64,000 nucleotides of DNA from a virus: the IMG/VR virus record IMGVR_UViG_3300042330_000854, positions 1 to 64,000 of that record, one strand, 5' to 3'. The first letter of the stretch is position 1. Every line of letters begins with the position of its first letter. The translations under genes and the position numbers were made by a program. The notes beneath the pieces are model-generated. The model did not search any database. It was given only the letters and a program-made list of their open reading frames with translations, and was not told the origin of the DNA. This document shows, in pieces, positions 31,025 to 39,847 of the stretch.

Positions 31025-31197
31025 AATTACCCAATAAAAAGTTCTTGACAAAAAATACTAAATAGATTACAGTCTTTTAATAAATTAAAGAAAATAATCT
31101 ATTTTGTTAAATACTAAACAGTTATTTTTCTAATTTTTAACAAAATAGATGTTGACAACAAAAACAAGATAAAGTATCGTAAGAATATAACAAATAT

Positions 31198-31341
31198 GCG
31201 GGCATGGGGGAACTTGGCAGACCCGACGTTCTCATTTCCAAGAAATAGGCAAGTATTATTTTAATACTTTCAGTGCAATTCTGATAGGAAAAACAAAAAA
31301 CGTTTCCAATAGGAGTGCGAGTTCAAGTCTCGCTGCCCGTA
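31198..31341 (+). tRNA. tRNA-Leu(CAA) interrupted by a 61-nt insert in the anticodon loop (about 31233-31293)
   Basis: GCGGGCA/TGCCCGT acceptor, ACGTT/AACGT anticodon stem, long variable arm, GTTCAAGTC; removing the insert restores ctCAAaa. Confidence 0.8.
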
Positions 31342-31491
31342 CAATAAATTATAAGAGCAATCTTATAATTTAGTTCTTTTAAATTGTTAAACTAAAGTAA
31401 TTTAGTACCTTAGACATAATTTAGCAACTGCTTGATTATGCATAGAACAGGTTCTAAGGTGACAATTAACTTTCTATGGTTAATTGATAAT

Positions 31492-31578
31492 GGGGAGATT
31501 TTTCTGACCCTGACTGTAAATCAGGTGGCGTTAAATATCAGAATGGATGCCGAAGAGGTTCGATTCCTCGTTTCCCCA
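31492..31578 (+). tRNA. D-armless 8/4 tRNA-Tyr(GTA)-like RNA
   Basis: CCTGA-ctGTAaa-TCAGG; GAGG-ttcgatt-CCTC; TTCTGA can pair with TCAGAA in the variable-arm loop. Confidence 0.7.
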
Positions 31579-31668
31579 CAATAAAAAAAGATTAAGTTAT
31601 TAACAAAAAAATTGTTGACAAACAAATCAAGATAAAGTAACGTAAGAATGTAAACGAGATAAGAAACT

Positions 31669-31770
31669 TTGATAGTAACCAGTTGGTAGAAGTGCTTTAC
31701 GGTAAAACATATCAAGTAGGAAATGACTTGAGTGCGTAAAGAAGCGGTGGTTCGATCCCATCCTATCAAA
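31669..31770 (+). ncRNA. tRNA-like RNA with the anticodon loop replaced by an extended arm
   Basis: TTGATAG/CTATCAA acceptor, AGTTGGTAGA D-loop, CTTTACG/CGTAAAG stem enclosing a TCAAGT/ACTTGA hairpin, GGTTCGATCC. Confidence 0.65.
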
Positions 31771-31954
31771 ATTTCTTAAATTGTTACTTGACTAAGTAAA
31801 TTAAATATAGTAAGTTTTATCATCAAATAACAAGGAGAAATAAAAATGGACATTTTTGGTTTTTACATGACACTTTGGCCCTTTTTTATTGAACTTAATT
31901 CAATGGGTCAAACGTATATTGACTTTTATCGTCAATTGCATTAATTTTAAACTT

Positions 31955-32039
31955 GGCCTCTGTCCCTCTCACGGTCTTCTAAACCGTCGTCATTAAAATG
32001 GAGGATGGATGACAATGGGTTCGATGCCCTCAGAGGTCG
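31955..32039 (+). tRNA. D-armless 8/4 tRNA-Arg(TCT)-like RNA
   Basis: GGCCTCTG/CAGAGGTC; ACGGT-ctTCTaa-ACCGT; CCTCT can pair with GGAGG in the variable-arm loop. Confidence 0.7.
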
Positions 32040-32330
32040 CGTTAATATAGTAAAATTATAAAGAATAGATTTAAATCTATTCTCACAATTCGGGGATAAA
32101 AACAGCAGCCTCTTTTTGTAGTAACGATTTCCCTGAATTTTAATTTTGACAATTAAAGAAAATTATGATAAATTATACTTTATAGTATAATTCTTATGCT
32201 CTGGTAGTTTAATGGTTTAAAACTTTTACTACTATCATATCTTTGGACCTGTAATTCAACAGTAGAAATAATAAATATATAAATAAAATATTTCTTGTTA
32301 ATTTAAAAGTAAAATTGACAAACATATATT

Positions 32331-32401
32331 GCTTCCATGTTGTAATAGTAGCAAAAATTCCTCATAAGAATTTAGATTTGGGGCAGAACCAAATGGAAGT
32401 A
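32331..32401 (+). tRNA. tRNA-Met/Ile2(CAT)
   Basis: AATTC-ctCATaa-GAATT; T-loop GGCAGAA. Confidence 0.75.
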
Positions 32402-32856
32402 CACGTTATACATAAACAAAAAAGATTTATACAAGTCTCTTTTTCATACCTCTTCTAAATCCATCTGGTATTGGATCAGTTTTTAAAATACGTATATTAA
32501 TAATTTCATCAGTAATATACCAATATTTTGAATTAGTTTCAGATATTTTTTGTTTGGTTAATAATCCAAAATTAGATTATTAAATTTAATTAGTAAAAAA
32601 GTTCTTGACAAAGAATATAAGTTGTAGTAATTTAATATATAAAAAATATACCTTATCCGGTAATAAGTTTTAAAGATAATTTTGATATTTTATAATCTTT
32701 AAAAGTAGTTACATCAATGCGGTTTTAGTTAATAGTAAAAAAAACTAACAACTGCATTCGGCAAATACATTTGTATTTCGCGGTATTAAAAAATATCAAG
32801 TTTTTTATATACCTAAAATTCTTTTGACAAAAGAATATAAGTTGTAGTAAATTAAG

Positions 32857-32927
32857 ATAAGAATTAAAACCTGAGGTCAGGCAACTTGGCAAAGTTGAAT
32901 TAGGTTCGAGTCCTCTTTAATTCTTAT
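32857..32927 (+). ncRNA. compact tRNA-like RNA with AGGT D-tetraloop (GGC anticodon-like)
   Basis: ATAAGAATTAA/TTAATTCTTAT; CCTG-aggt-CAGG; CAACT-tggcaa-AGTTG; AGG-ttcgagt-CCT. Confidence 0.6.
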
Positions 32928-32930
32928 TAT

Positions 32931-33001
32931 GCGGGATTAGCATAAAATTAATGTGCTTGGCTTCCACCCAAGATAAATCGGAGAGTTACCGATATTCCGC
33001 T
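32931..33001 (+). tRNA. tRNA-Gly(TCC)
   Basis: GCGGGAT/ATTCCGC, U73; CTTGG-ctTCCac-CCAAG; T-loop AGAGTTA. Confidence 0.85.
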
Positions 33002-33062
33002 CTTTAAAATAATAGTTGGTTTGATGATTTATCCTAATTTAAAATCATCGTTTATTTGGTGT

Positions 33063-33158
33063 GACGATTAACCACTTTGCAAAAAAGTTCATCTGCTGAA
33101 GAATAAGATAATGATCTTGGTAGTGCTTGATTAGTAGCAATTATCAAAAATAATCGTC
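33063..33158 (+). ncRNA. four-way-junction ncRNA, copy 1 (homologue at 39848)
   Basis: GACGATTA/TAATCGTC closing stem; shared ATGATCTTRGTRGYG.T.GATTAGTAGCAAT core. Confidence 0.55.
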
Positions 33159-33259
33159 CTCTGGTGGGGTGTATATTTATTAAAAATATTTATTTTTGTT
33201 GTCTTACATTGTGTTTTATGTAAAATTTGATAAATATATTTATGAAATTATCCGATTGG

Positions 33260-33627
33260 GTAAGAAAAGAAACCAATGATCAATTTTTTTAATTGGGATT
33301 TGGTAGAGGATTATTCCATGACAACTCGCAAAGTTTAAGTGCGCCGTTAATCCCATTAAAGAAATTTCTTTAATAAAGACAAGTAATAAAAATATATATT
33401 ACTTGTAACGGTGTATAGCAATATCCCTGGTTGATTAGAACCAAAATCTAATCACCATTATGGTTAGTAAATAAACCACTCGTAAGAGTTTTTCGTAAGA
33501 AAAATAAGATTATGACGAATTTTCAACTCGTTAGTAACAATAATCCTAAAAAATATTTACTGGCGGATGGTAGAGTTTACTCTACGATCTAGGTTGCTTA
33601 GAACCTTAATCTAAGCACTTTTCTTAC
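33260..33627 (+). ncRNA. large (~370 nt) structured ncRNA candidate
   Basis: Terminal helix GTAAGAAAAG/CTTTTCTTAC, internal GGATTATT/AATAATCC, many GNRA-capped hairpins; no ORF of 60 aa or more. Confidence 0.55.
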
Positions 33628-33714
33628 AGAAGATTATGAAAAATTGTAAAAAAACATATCCTCTGTAAAAAAATAGTTCTTGACAAAAAGAACTATAATT
33701 AATAATATATTTTT

Positions 33715-33800
33715 ATGCTTGGAGAGTAGAATACAGGGAAACTGGCCTTGGTGTTCCAAGGAACGCAAATCACAATTGGTTCAAATCCAATCACAAGCAT
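33715..33800 (+). ncRNA. T-arm-bearing tRNA-like RNA, copy 1 (homologue at 47739)
   Basis: TGCTTG-GAGAGTAGAATAC...ATTGG-ttcaaat-CCAAT-CACAAGCA. Confidence 0.6.
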
Positions 33801-33807
33801 AATTTAT

Positions 33808-33890
33808 GGACACAGTGATATCAGTGGTCAATATCAACGTACTTTTAATACGTCGCGTAAGCTTTCTTGGTTCAATTCCAAGTGTGTCCT
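33808..33890 (+). tRNA. tRNA-Lys(TTT) with long variable arm
   Basis: GGACACA/TGTGTCC; ACGTA-ctTTTaa-TACGT. Confidence 0.8.
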
Positions 33891-33941
33891 CTACAAAAAA
33901 TACTTGACAATAAATAAATATAATAGTAAAGTAAGTTTTAT

Positions 33942-34015
33942 TGCGGAGTAGAGAAAAAGACATCTCGCAGGCTTCATGCGCCTGAAATAGTTGGAGCGTT
34001 ACCAACCTCTCGCAT
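33942..34015 (+). tRNA. tRNA-Met(CAT)
   Basis: CAGGC-ttCATgc-GCCTG; T-loop AGCGTTA. Confidence 0.7.
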
Positions 34016-34021
34016 CTTTAA

Positions 34022-34111
34022 TGGCGCGTACTCTAATGGTAAGAGACAAGATTGTTAATCTTGCGTATTCCGATTTTCGGTATGTTGGTTCGATCCCAAC
34101 CGTGCTAGCCA
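34022..34111 (+). tRNA. tRNA-Asn(GTT) with long variable arm and encoded CCA
   Basis: CAAGA-ttGTTaa-TCTTG; GTTCGATC; ends GCCA. Confidence 0.85.
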
Positions 34112-34155
34112 ATATGTTAAAATAAAGTATATTCAATTACGATATATTTTAAATT

Positions 34156-34230
34156 ATCCTTGTGGTGTAGAAGTTAACATGTCAGTCTCCAAAACTGAAG
34201 TCCAGATTGCAAAATTCTGCAAGGATGCCA
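34156..34230 (+). tRNA. tRNA-Trp(CCA)
   Basis: TCAGT-ctCCAaa-ACTGA; ends GCCA; T-loop TGCAAAA. Confidence 0.85.
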
Positions 34231-34426
34231 TAAAAATTATTAATATAATTCAATATAGGAGATTAATATGACTGATAATACAAATGATTACAAAGATGAC
34301 ATTTCAGAAGAATATATTAATTTTTTAGAAAATAAATCATCCTATTTAGATGATGAAGAATGGGAATTAGTAGATTCAATGTAATTTAGTTATTGACATA
34401 ATTCAATAATTGAGTTATAATAATTT

Positions 34427-34782
34427 AAAGATTAGTTTCAGCAAAAATAATTATTTTTTTTTGATAAAAAACAAACACTAATCTGAAATATTTTAAAGTT
34501 TAAAGAATAGGTTCTGCAAAATTTCAAATTAGCAAAATCAGATTAATCCTCTGATACCGAGGTTTTATATTTCCTCATTAATATAAAATGTAAAAAACTA
34601 TTCTGTACTAATTTTCTTTTTAGTTGTTTAAAGAATGATTTCAGCAAAATTTAGCTTGGAAATGCAAAAAACATCATTCTGATTTATTTCCTTATATTAT
34701 ACTTTCTTATTTTATAGTTTAAAGGATGAGTTCCGCAAATTTTAAAATTTCAATTTTTGGTTTGAAAAACAAAATCATCCTG
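34427..34782 (+). ncRNA. array of four CxGCAAA stem-loop RNAs (34427-34485, 34502-34605, 34630-34681, 34721-34782)
   Basis: Each has tttAAAG-stem-TT.C.GCAAA-inner hairpin-stem-CTG with covarying stems; starts just after TTGACA-17-TATAAT (34393-34421). Confidence 0.7.
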
Positions 34783-34839
34783 ATTATCTCTTTATAGTTT
34801 AATAGTTTAAAATACTAGAGGGAACATTTTTAGTTTTAT

Positions 34840-34912
34840 TCCAGAATCTTCTAACTGATAAGAAACAAGAATTTGAGTCTTGGCAATGTAGGTTTAAATC
34901 CTACTTCTGGAT
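34840..34912 (+). tRNA. tRNA-Gln(TTG)
   Basis: TCCAGAA/TTCTGGA; CAAGA-atTTGag-TCTTG; T-loop TTTAAAT. Confidence 0.75.
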
Positions 34913-34964
34913 CACATAAAAAATAGTTGACATGTACCTAAATCCATAGTAAATTATTTTTATT

Positions 34965-35038
34965 GCCGTTTAAGCTAACTTTAGTAGAAGCGCTTGCATG
35001 AAGAGCAAGAGGACTTGGCGCGAAACCAAGAAGCGGCA
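34965..35038 (+). tRNA. tRNA-Phe(GAA)
   Basis: GCCGTTT/AAGCGGC; CTTGC-atGAAga-GCAAG; T-loop CGCGAAA. Confidence 0.8.
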
Positions 35039-35040
35039 CT

Positions 35041-35330
35041 TTAATCACAGCACAAATTAATATTTTGGGCAAATATTTATAAAATATTATATTAATTTGT
35101 TAAAACGCTCTTATTATCTAGGGCAATGTAGATGTAACAATGATGGTTAAAATCTTCTACCTGTGATTAAAACTCTTGACAAGAATGAAAATCAATGATA
35201 AATTATAATCATTAATTACTACAAAATTCAATGTTTTCGATTTTAGCTTAAATATTGAATTGTTAATAGCGTGAAGCAAAACGCAATGCAGATGTAACAA
35301 AGCAAACAAAATCTTCTGCTAGTAATTGAT
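35041..35330 (+). ncRNA. two homologous multi-stem ncRNAs (35041-35170, 35211-35330)
   Basis: Covarying terminal helices and shared TGTTAA.A.GC..GCAATGYAGATGTAACAA...AAATCTTCTRC. Confidence 0.6.
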
Positions 35331-35450
35331 AATTCAAATCAGATAGTGATTTGAAAGTTTATGGTGATAGTTTTCACGCGATAAACAAATATGCGGGCAT
35401 GGCGAAATAGCAGCCGCGACAAGTAAAAAATATATTTAAAATTATATTTT

Positions 35451-35592
35451 GCTCACGTATCCCAATCGGAAGAGGAAAACGACTCAATCCTGAGAAAAAG
35501 ACAAGTATTATTTAATACTTTCGGTGCAATTCCGATAAGGAAAAAAACAGAAAATCGTTTAGTTGTCGGTTCGAATCCGACCGTGAGTACCA
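35451..35592 (+). tRNA. tRNA (Phe GAA, or short-arm Leu CAA) interrupted by a 65-nt insert (about 35485-35549)
   Basis: GCTCACG/CGTGAGT-ACCA, AACGA/TCGTT anticodon stem, GTTCGAATC; insert homologous to that in the 31198 tRNA. Confidence 0.8.
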
Positions 35593-35604
35593 TTAGAGGA
35601 AAAA

Positions 35605-36087
35605 ATGACAAATAATAATGAAAAAACAATAGTTTCATCAAAAGTTTATAAAGATAAAAAATCTAAAAGATTAATACAACATATAAGATATTCAGATGGA
35701 ACAAGAAAAACACGTTCTTATCCAAGAACAATTATGGAAGAATATTTAGGAAGACCATTATTAGACGACGAAACAGTAGATCATATTGATGGTAATGTAG
35801 AAAATAATGATATTAGTAATTTACAATTATTGTCACGAGAAGAAAATGCCCGTAAAGGCGCTTTGGGAAATAAACATACATTAGGTCGTAAACAATCTGA
35901 AGAACATAAACGAAATGGTGCTAAAAACGGCCAAGCAAAATTAACAAATGAACAAGTAATTTATTATAGAAAATCTTATGAAGATAAATCTCTTACTAAA
36001 AATCAAATAATAGAATTAACAAACATGAGTAGGCCCGCTATTGAAAATATTTTAAATTACAAATCATATGTAAATACTAAAAACTAA
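35605..36087 (+). CDS. free-standing HNH homing endonuclease
   Basis: RTIMEEYLGRPLLDDETVDHIDGNVENNDISNLQLLSREEN; NUMOD3-like KQSEEHKR; AKLTNEQV. Confidence 0.85.
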   Translation: MTNNNEKTIVSSKVYKDKKSKRLIQHIRYSDGTRKTRSYPRTIMEEYLGRPLLDDETVDHIDGNVENNDISNLQLLSREENARKGALGNKHTLGRKQSEEHKRNGAKNGQAKLTNEQVIYYRKSYEDKSLTKNQIIELTNMSRPAIENILNYKSYVNTKN

Positions 36088-36223
36088 TTTAACCTAGGGC
36101 CAATGAAAGATTAATAATCTAAGGTTAAACATGCATTATGATAAATAATGTTGATCTGTGATCACGTAAGATGGTTTGGTGCGTAATGTAAATTACAAAG
36201 ATAATCTTTTCGGAGATTATTTT

Positions 36224-36295
36224 CGGGGTATAGCTCAGAAGTAGAGTGTTCGCTTTGGAAGCGAAAGGCCGAAATTGCAAAATTTTCTACCCCGA
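36224..36295 (+). tRNA. tRNA-Pro(TGG)
   Basis: CGGGGTA/TACCCCG; TTCGC-ttTGGaa-GCGAA; T-loop TGCAAAA. Confidence 0.85.
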
Positions 36296-36406
36296 CTTTA
36301 GCAGTATCATGATTTCATGATAAAGAAATTAACCAACTTTTAGCAACGTCCTTTGGTCCCATCTGGTAAGTGCTAATCTCTTTAAGAGTCTGCTAATAAT
36401 TTTTTA

Positions 36407-36471
36407 TTCCTACGAGCAAACATAGTGACTGCAATCGGCTGTTAACCGATTATTACGTGGAACGTAGGAAG
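36407..36471 (+). pseudogene. T-armless tRNA-Asn(GTT)
   Basis: TCCTACG/CGTAGGA acceptor, D arm and ATCGG-ctGTTaa-CCGAT intact; only 12 nt where the variable loop and T arm should be. Confidence 0.6.
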
Positions 36472-37178
36472 CTTTTATAAAGATTTAAAATGTATAATTA
36501 AAGGAATAATTTAATGCAACTAGAAAAATGTTTACCGATTAAACAAAGAGATTGGAAAAATTGGCGGGCAAAAAATGAAAAACTTAATGCTGATATTGTT
36601 TTAAAAATTGGTATGAAAGTTCGTGATTGTTTTGGAACTGTTGGGATTATTCAACGTATTGAGGAAGGTTACGATATAGAAGAACATGGCACTATAGAAG
36701 TTTTTCGTTTAGATACAACTGACTATGGCCTTAATAATTGTGAACATTTTTGTTTTTATGATTGGCAAAAACATTTAAGAATTTTAGATATGAATGAATA
36801 ATATTTGTTATTCTAACTTAAATACTCAATTAATAAAACTTCTAGGAAAATTAAATGCTCGTATATTATCATAATACTAATCATGCTAGTTTATCTAGCC
36901 TAGTGCTATTAAGTATTCATAAAATAATACAAAAATATAGAGATAACCTTGATCATACGTATATTATTCTTAACAATAATACTTTTGAATTTATAACAAT
37001 AAATTGCCCAAGTGTATTTGGACTTACAAATTTATTAAAAGATCGAATATTTGTTCAAATAAAAATAAATTCTAATATAGAAGACAATGTTATAGAAATA
37101 CATTATGGAGAACATGTATTATTTGACACAATAACTATTCAATAATTTTATAGTTGTCAATTTTATAAAGGTTTTATT

Positions 37179-37544
37179 ATGTATTATTATAAATTAAACG
37201 ATGAAATAAAAAGTTGTAAAAAATATTCTGAAATACCATTTGAACAATTAATTGTTGAAAATGAATCAACTCATTGGAAAGTAACTGCGGATGATGGTAC
37301 TTTTTATTATAATAAAAATAAAATTCATAGAAAAAATTTACCAGCAAGAATAGATGATTTATTTGTTTGTTATTATGAAAATAACCAACCACATAAAGAA
37401 GATGGTCCTGCATTAATTTTTAATAACGGTTATTATTCTTTTTGGTTATATGGAAAAAACTATCTTAATGTAAAAGATTGGTTGACCTATCATCCAAATC
37501 AAGATAAAGTATTTGAAGTTGAAATGTTATTGCGTTATAGTTAA
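37179..37544 (+). CDS. divergent HRxxGPA-family paralogue
   Basis: IHRKNLPA, PHKEDGPA, HPNQDKVFEVEMLLRYS. Confidence 0.75.
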   Translation: MYYYKLNDEIKSCKKYSEIPFEQLIVENESTHWKVTADDGTFYYNKNKIHRKNLPARIDDLFVCYYENNQPHKEDGPALIFNNGYYSFWLYGKNYLNVKDWLTYHPNQDKVFEVEMLLRYS

Positions 37545-38102
37545 AATTCATAGAAAGGAATTAAAAATGTCATCAGATGAAATTAAAACAGTATTATTAA
37601 GTTATGCTCGTGCATTTAAAGATCATACTGAAAAGCAAATTAAACGAATTTCTAAGAAGAAAGTTGATCAAAATGTAATTCGTATTTTTAAATCAACTAT
37701 TACTGATGAAAAATGGCTAGTTATTTCATATGATGGCGACGATGAAGATTATTCTATGTTTCCTTTTGCTGAAACCGCAAACGAGTGGACAGCATATGTT
37801 CAACATTCACAAGACAATATTGATTCAGACGAAGAAGCTGTAGTAATTATGTTTGCACCTAATTGGTGGAAAGTAAAAGAAAGATATTTTTATGATCAAC
37901 ATTTAGAATTTGTTTTTGGTGATATTTTAAAAGCATTTATTCAAGATGAATATGAAGAAATACAAGAAAATACTTTTATATCCAATATTGGGAATTTAGA
38001 AGAAACTATTGCTGATTTAAAAAATCGCGGATTTAATGTTGAAATGTTTGATGAAAATACATTGCCTTAAAAATTTTCAAAATAAAAAAAGGATAATTAA
38101 TA

Positions 38103-38327
38103 ATGAATATTAAAGAAATGGTATCAGATAATAAAAAAGTTACATTTGAATATTTTCGTGATAATGAATTATGGTATAAAACAGAAAACGATTTCTTATT
38201 TCCTGTTCCAACTGATGATGTTGGTAATGCTGTTTTTATGAAAGAAGATAAAGCTTTATTGTTTATGCGATGGATTCGTAAACATATTCAAAAATTAGAA
38301 GATGCAAGAAAAAATCAAAATTTATGA
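38103..38327 (+). CDS. conserved phage hypothetical protein
   Basis: LWYKTENDFLFPVP.DD.GNA.F..EDKALLFMRWIRK. Confidence 0.75.
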   Translation: MNIKEMVSDNKKVTFEYFRDNELWYKTENDFLFPVPTDDVGNAVFMKEDKALLFMRWIRKHIQKLEDARKNQNL

Positions 38328-39001
38328 TTAATTTATCATTAAATTCTTTTTCTAATATTGATATAGATCAATTATTAAAATTAATTAAAAATTATGCAGT
38401 TGATAATTTAGAGTTATCAACTGCACTTTCTTTAAAACATATTGATGGGTTTGAAAGATTTGCTTCTGTTGATTTTATTAATTTGTTTAATAAAAAATTA
38501 AAAGAAAATAATATAAAAACCTCAATACACGTATTTGGTGAATTAGCTAAACAATTAGGAAACGACAGAATAAATAATATTCCAAAAATCAATTGGGAGC
38601 TATTAGAACGAGTACAATTGAATAGATTTTCAGTTGATATTAATATTGCTTTAGAAAATCTTGAAAATTTAGGCTTTAATGGGCGGTTGATTTTACCAGC
38701 CAATAAAAAAGATTTGGTTATATCTGAATTGCCAATTGACGATAGAATTGATTGGTTATATGATTGTTCTCATGGTAAAGGAATTGAAATAAACTCATAT
38801 CCAATTGATCCTTTGATTAATCGACAAGGTAAAATTGGATTTGCTGGTGGAATTAATAAAAATAATATTTTAAAAATAAATAATAAAATTTTAACATTAG
38901 GTTTTAAAAATTATTATTTGGATATTGAAAGTGGCATACGTGAAAATGATCGAATATCATTTGAAAAAATAAAAAATATATTAGAAATAATAAACAAATA
39001 A
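38324..39001 (+). CDS. TrpF/PRAI-like TIM-barrel protein
   Basis: RVQLN, LYDCSHGKG, GFAGGINKNNI, LDIESGIR. Confidence 0.7.
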   Translation: MINLSLNSFSNIDIDQLLKLIKNYAVDNLELSTALSLKHIDGFERFASVDFINLFNKKLKENNIKTSIHVFGELAKQLGNDRINNIPKINWELLERVQLNRFSVDINIALENLENLGFNGRLILPANKKDLVISELPIDDRIDWLYDCSHGKGIEINSYPIDPLINRQGKIGFAGGINKNNILKINNKILTLGFKNYYLDIESGIRENDRISFEKIKNILEIINK

Positions 39002-39501
39002 TTGTTGACATAAATTTTTATTATGTTATCCTTTTTTAAACAAAGGAGAAAAAATATGCTAGAAAATGTTTATTTAGAATTTAATGATAATTTTAGCGGT
39101 TATCATGAACCTGATTATAAGAAAAATAATGAATTATTAACTAAATTAGAAAATTATAAGTTAATTAATAATTTTAATTTATTTTCTAATTTAGTTAATT
39201 TACTTCCAAATTGTATTATATTTGTTTGGTCTGAAACACCTTCTGATGATTTTGATTTATTTGATGTACAATTTGACGAAGATGAATGGGAAACTTATGA
39301 AGATTATTTATTGGCGTGTAGCAACAATAAATATGCTTCTATTTTGTTTTATGTTAACCCAAATTGTTTTATGACATTTTGTGGCAGTAATGCTGATATT
39401 GCTTTCTCATTACTATTAAAACAATTGAAAAAAATTAATGAAATTAGATTTATTGACTAATTAATTGTTGACATGATTAAGAAATTTTGGTATAAATAAT
39501 T

Positions 39502-39606
39502 TAAGTTAATTAGAAGTGGGCTTCCGTAGCGACGGCTATAGATTTTTGTTCGATTCAAAATTAAATCATGGATGATTAACGTGGTTCGATTCCACAATTA
39601 ACTTAA
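39502..39606 (+). ncRNA. tRNA-like RNA with two T-loop hairpins
   Basis: TAAGTTAATT/AATTAACTTA closing stem; TTTG-ttcgatt-CAAA and GTGG-ttcgatt-CCAC; follows a TTGACA..TATAAA promoter. Confidence 0.55.
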
Positions 39607-39701
39607 TTTGGTCCTGTAGTTTACTCTTATCAGGACTACTTTGTTAAATAAAATGTTATGATTTGTCACATATTTTTAATATGCAAAAAGACAAATCCTT
39701 T

Positions 39702-39773
39702 GGGCCTAAAGTGTTGTTGGGGGCATAACAGATTTGCATTCTGTAGGGCGGGTTTCGAATACCCGTGGGTCCA
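39702..39773 (+). tRNA. tRNA-Ala(TGC)
   Basis: G3:U70; ACAGA-ttTGCat-TCTGT; TTCGAAT. Confidence 0.85.
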
Positions 39774-39847
39774 CTATCGTAATATGGCGAGGGTTACAAT
39801 AAAATCGTTGACAAACGTTATCATTTATAGTAAAAAAGAATAAGGAC

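Noticed and set aside
31233-31293. tRNA inserts as twister-sister ribozymes (CUCA plus a UGCAA-loop hairpin)
   Set aside because: The strand order is reversed relative to twister-sister and the required P2 pairing cannot be formed; only the loop resembles it.
34427-34782. CRISPR array
   Set aside because: The units differ in sequence and length and are conserved in structure rather than as identical repeats; there are no cas genes.
35485-36087. Group I intron with an internal HNH gene
   Set aside because: The insert is 65 nt with no P3-P7 core or terminal G, and the HNH ORF lies outside, downstream of the tRNA CCA.
31521-39843. Short ORFs 31521, 33748, 33781, 35453 and 39658 (also 46703)
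   Set aside because: They overlap tRNA or ncRNA genes and are shadow ORFs.
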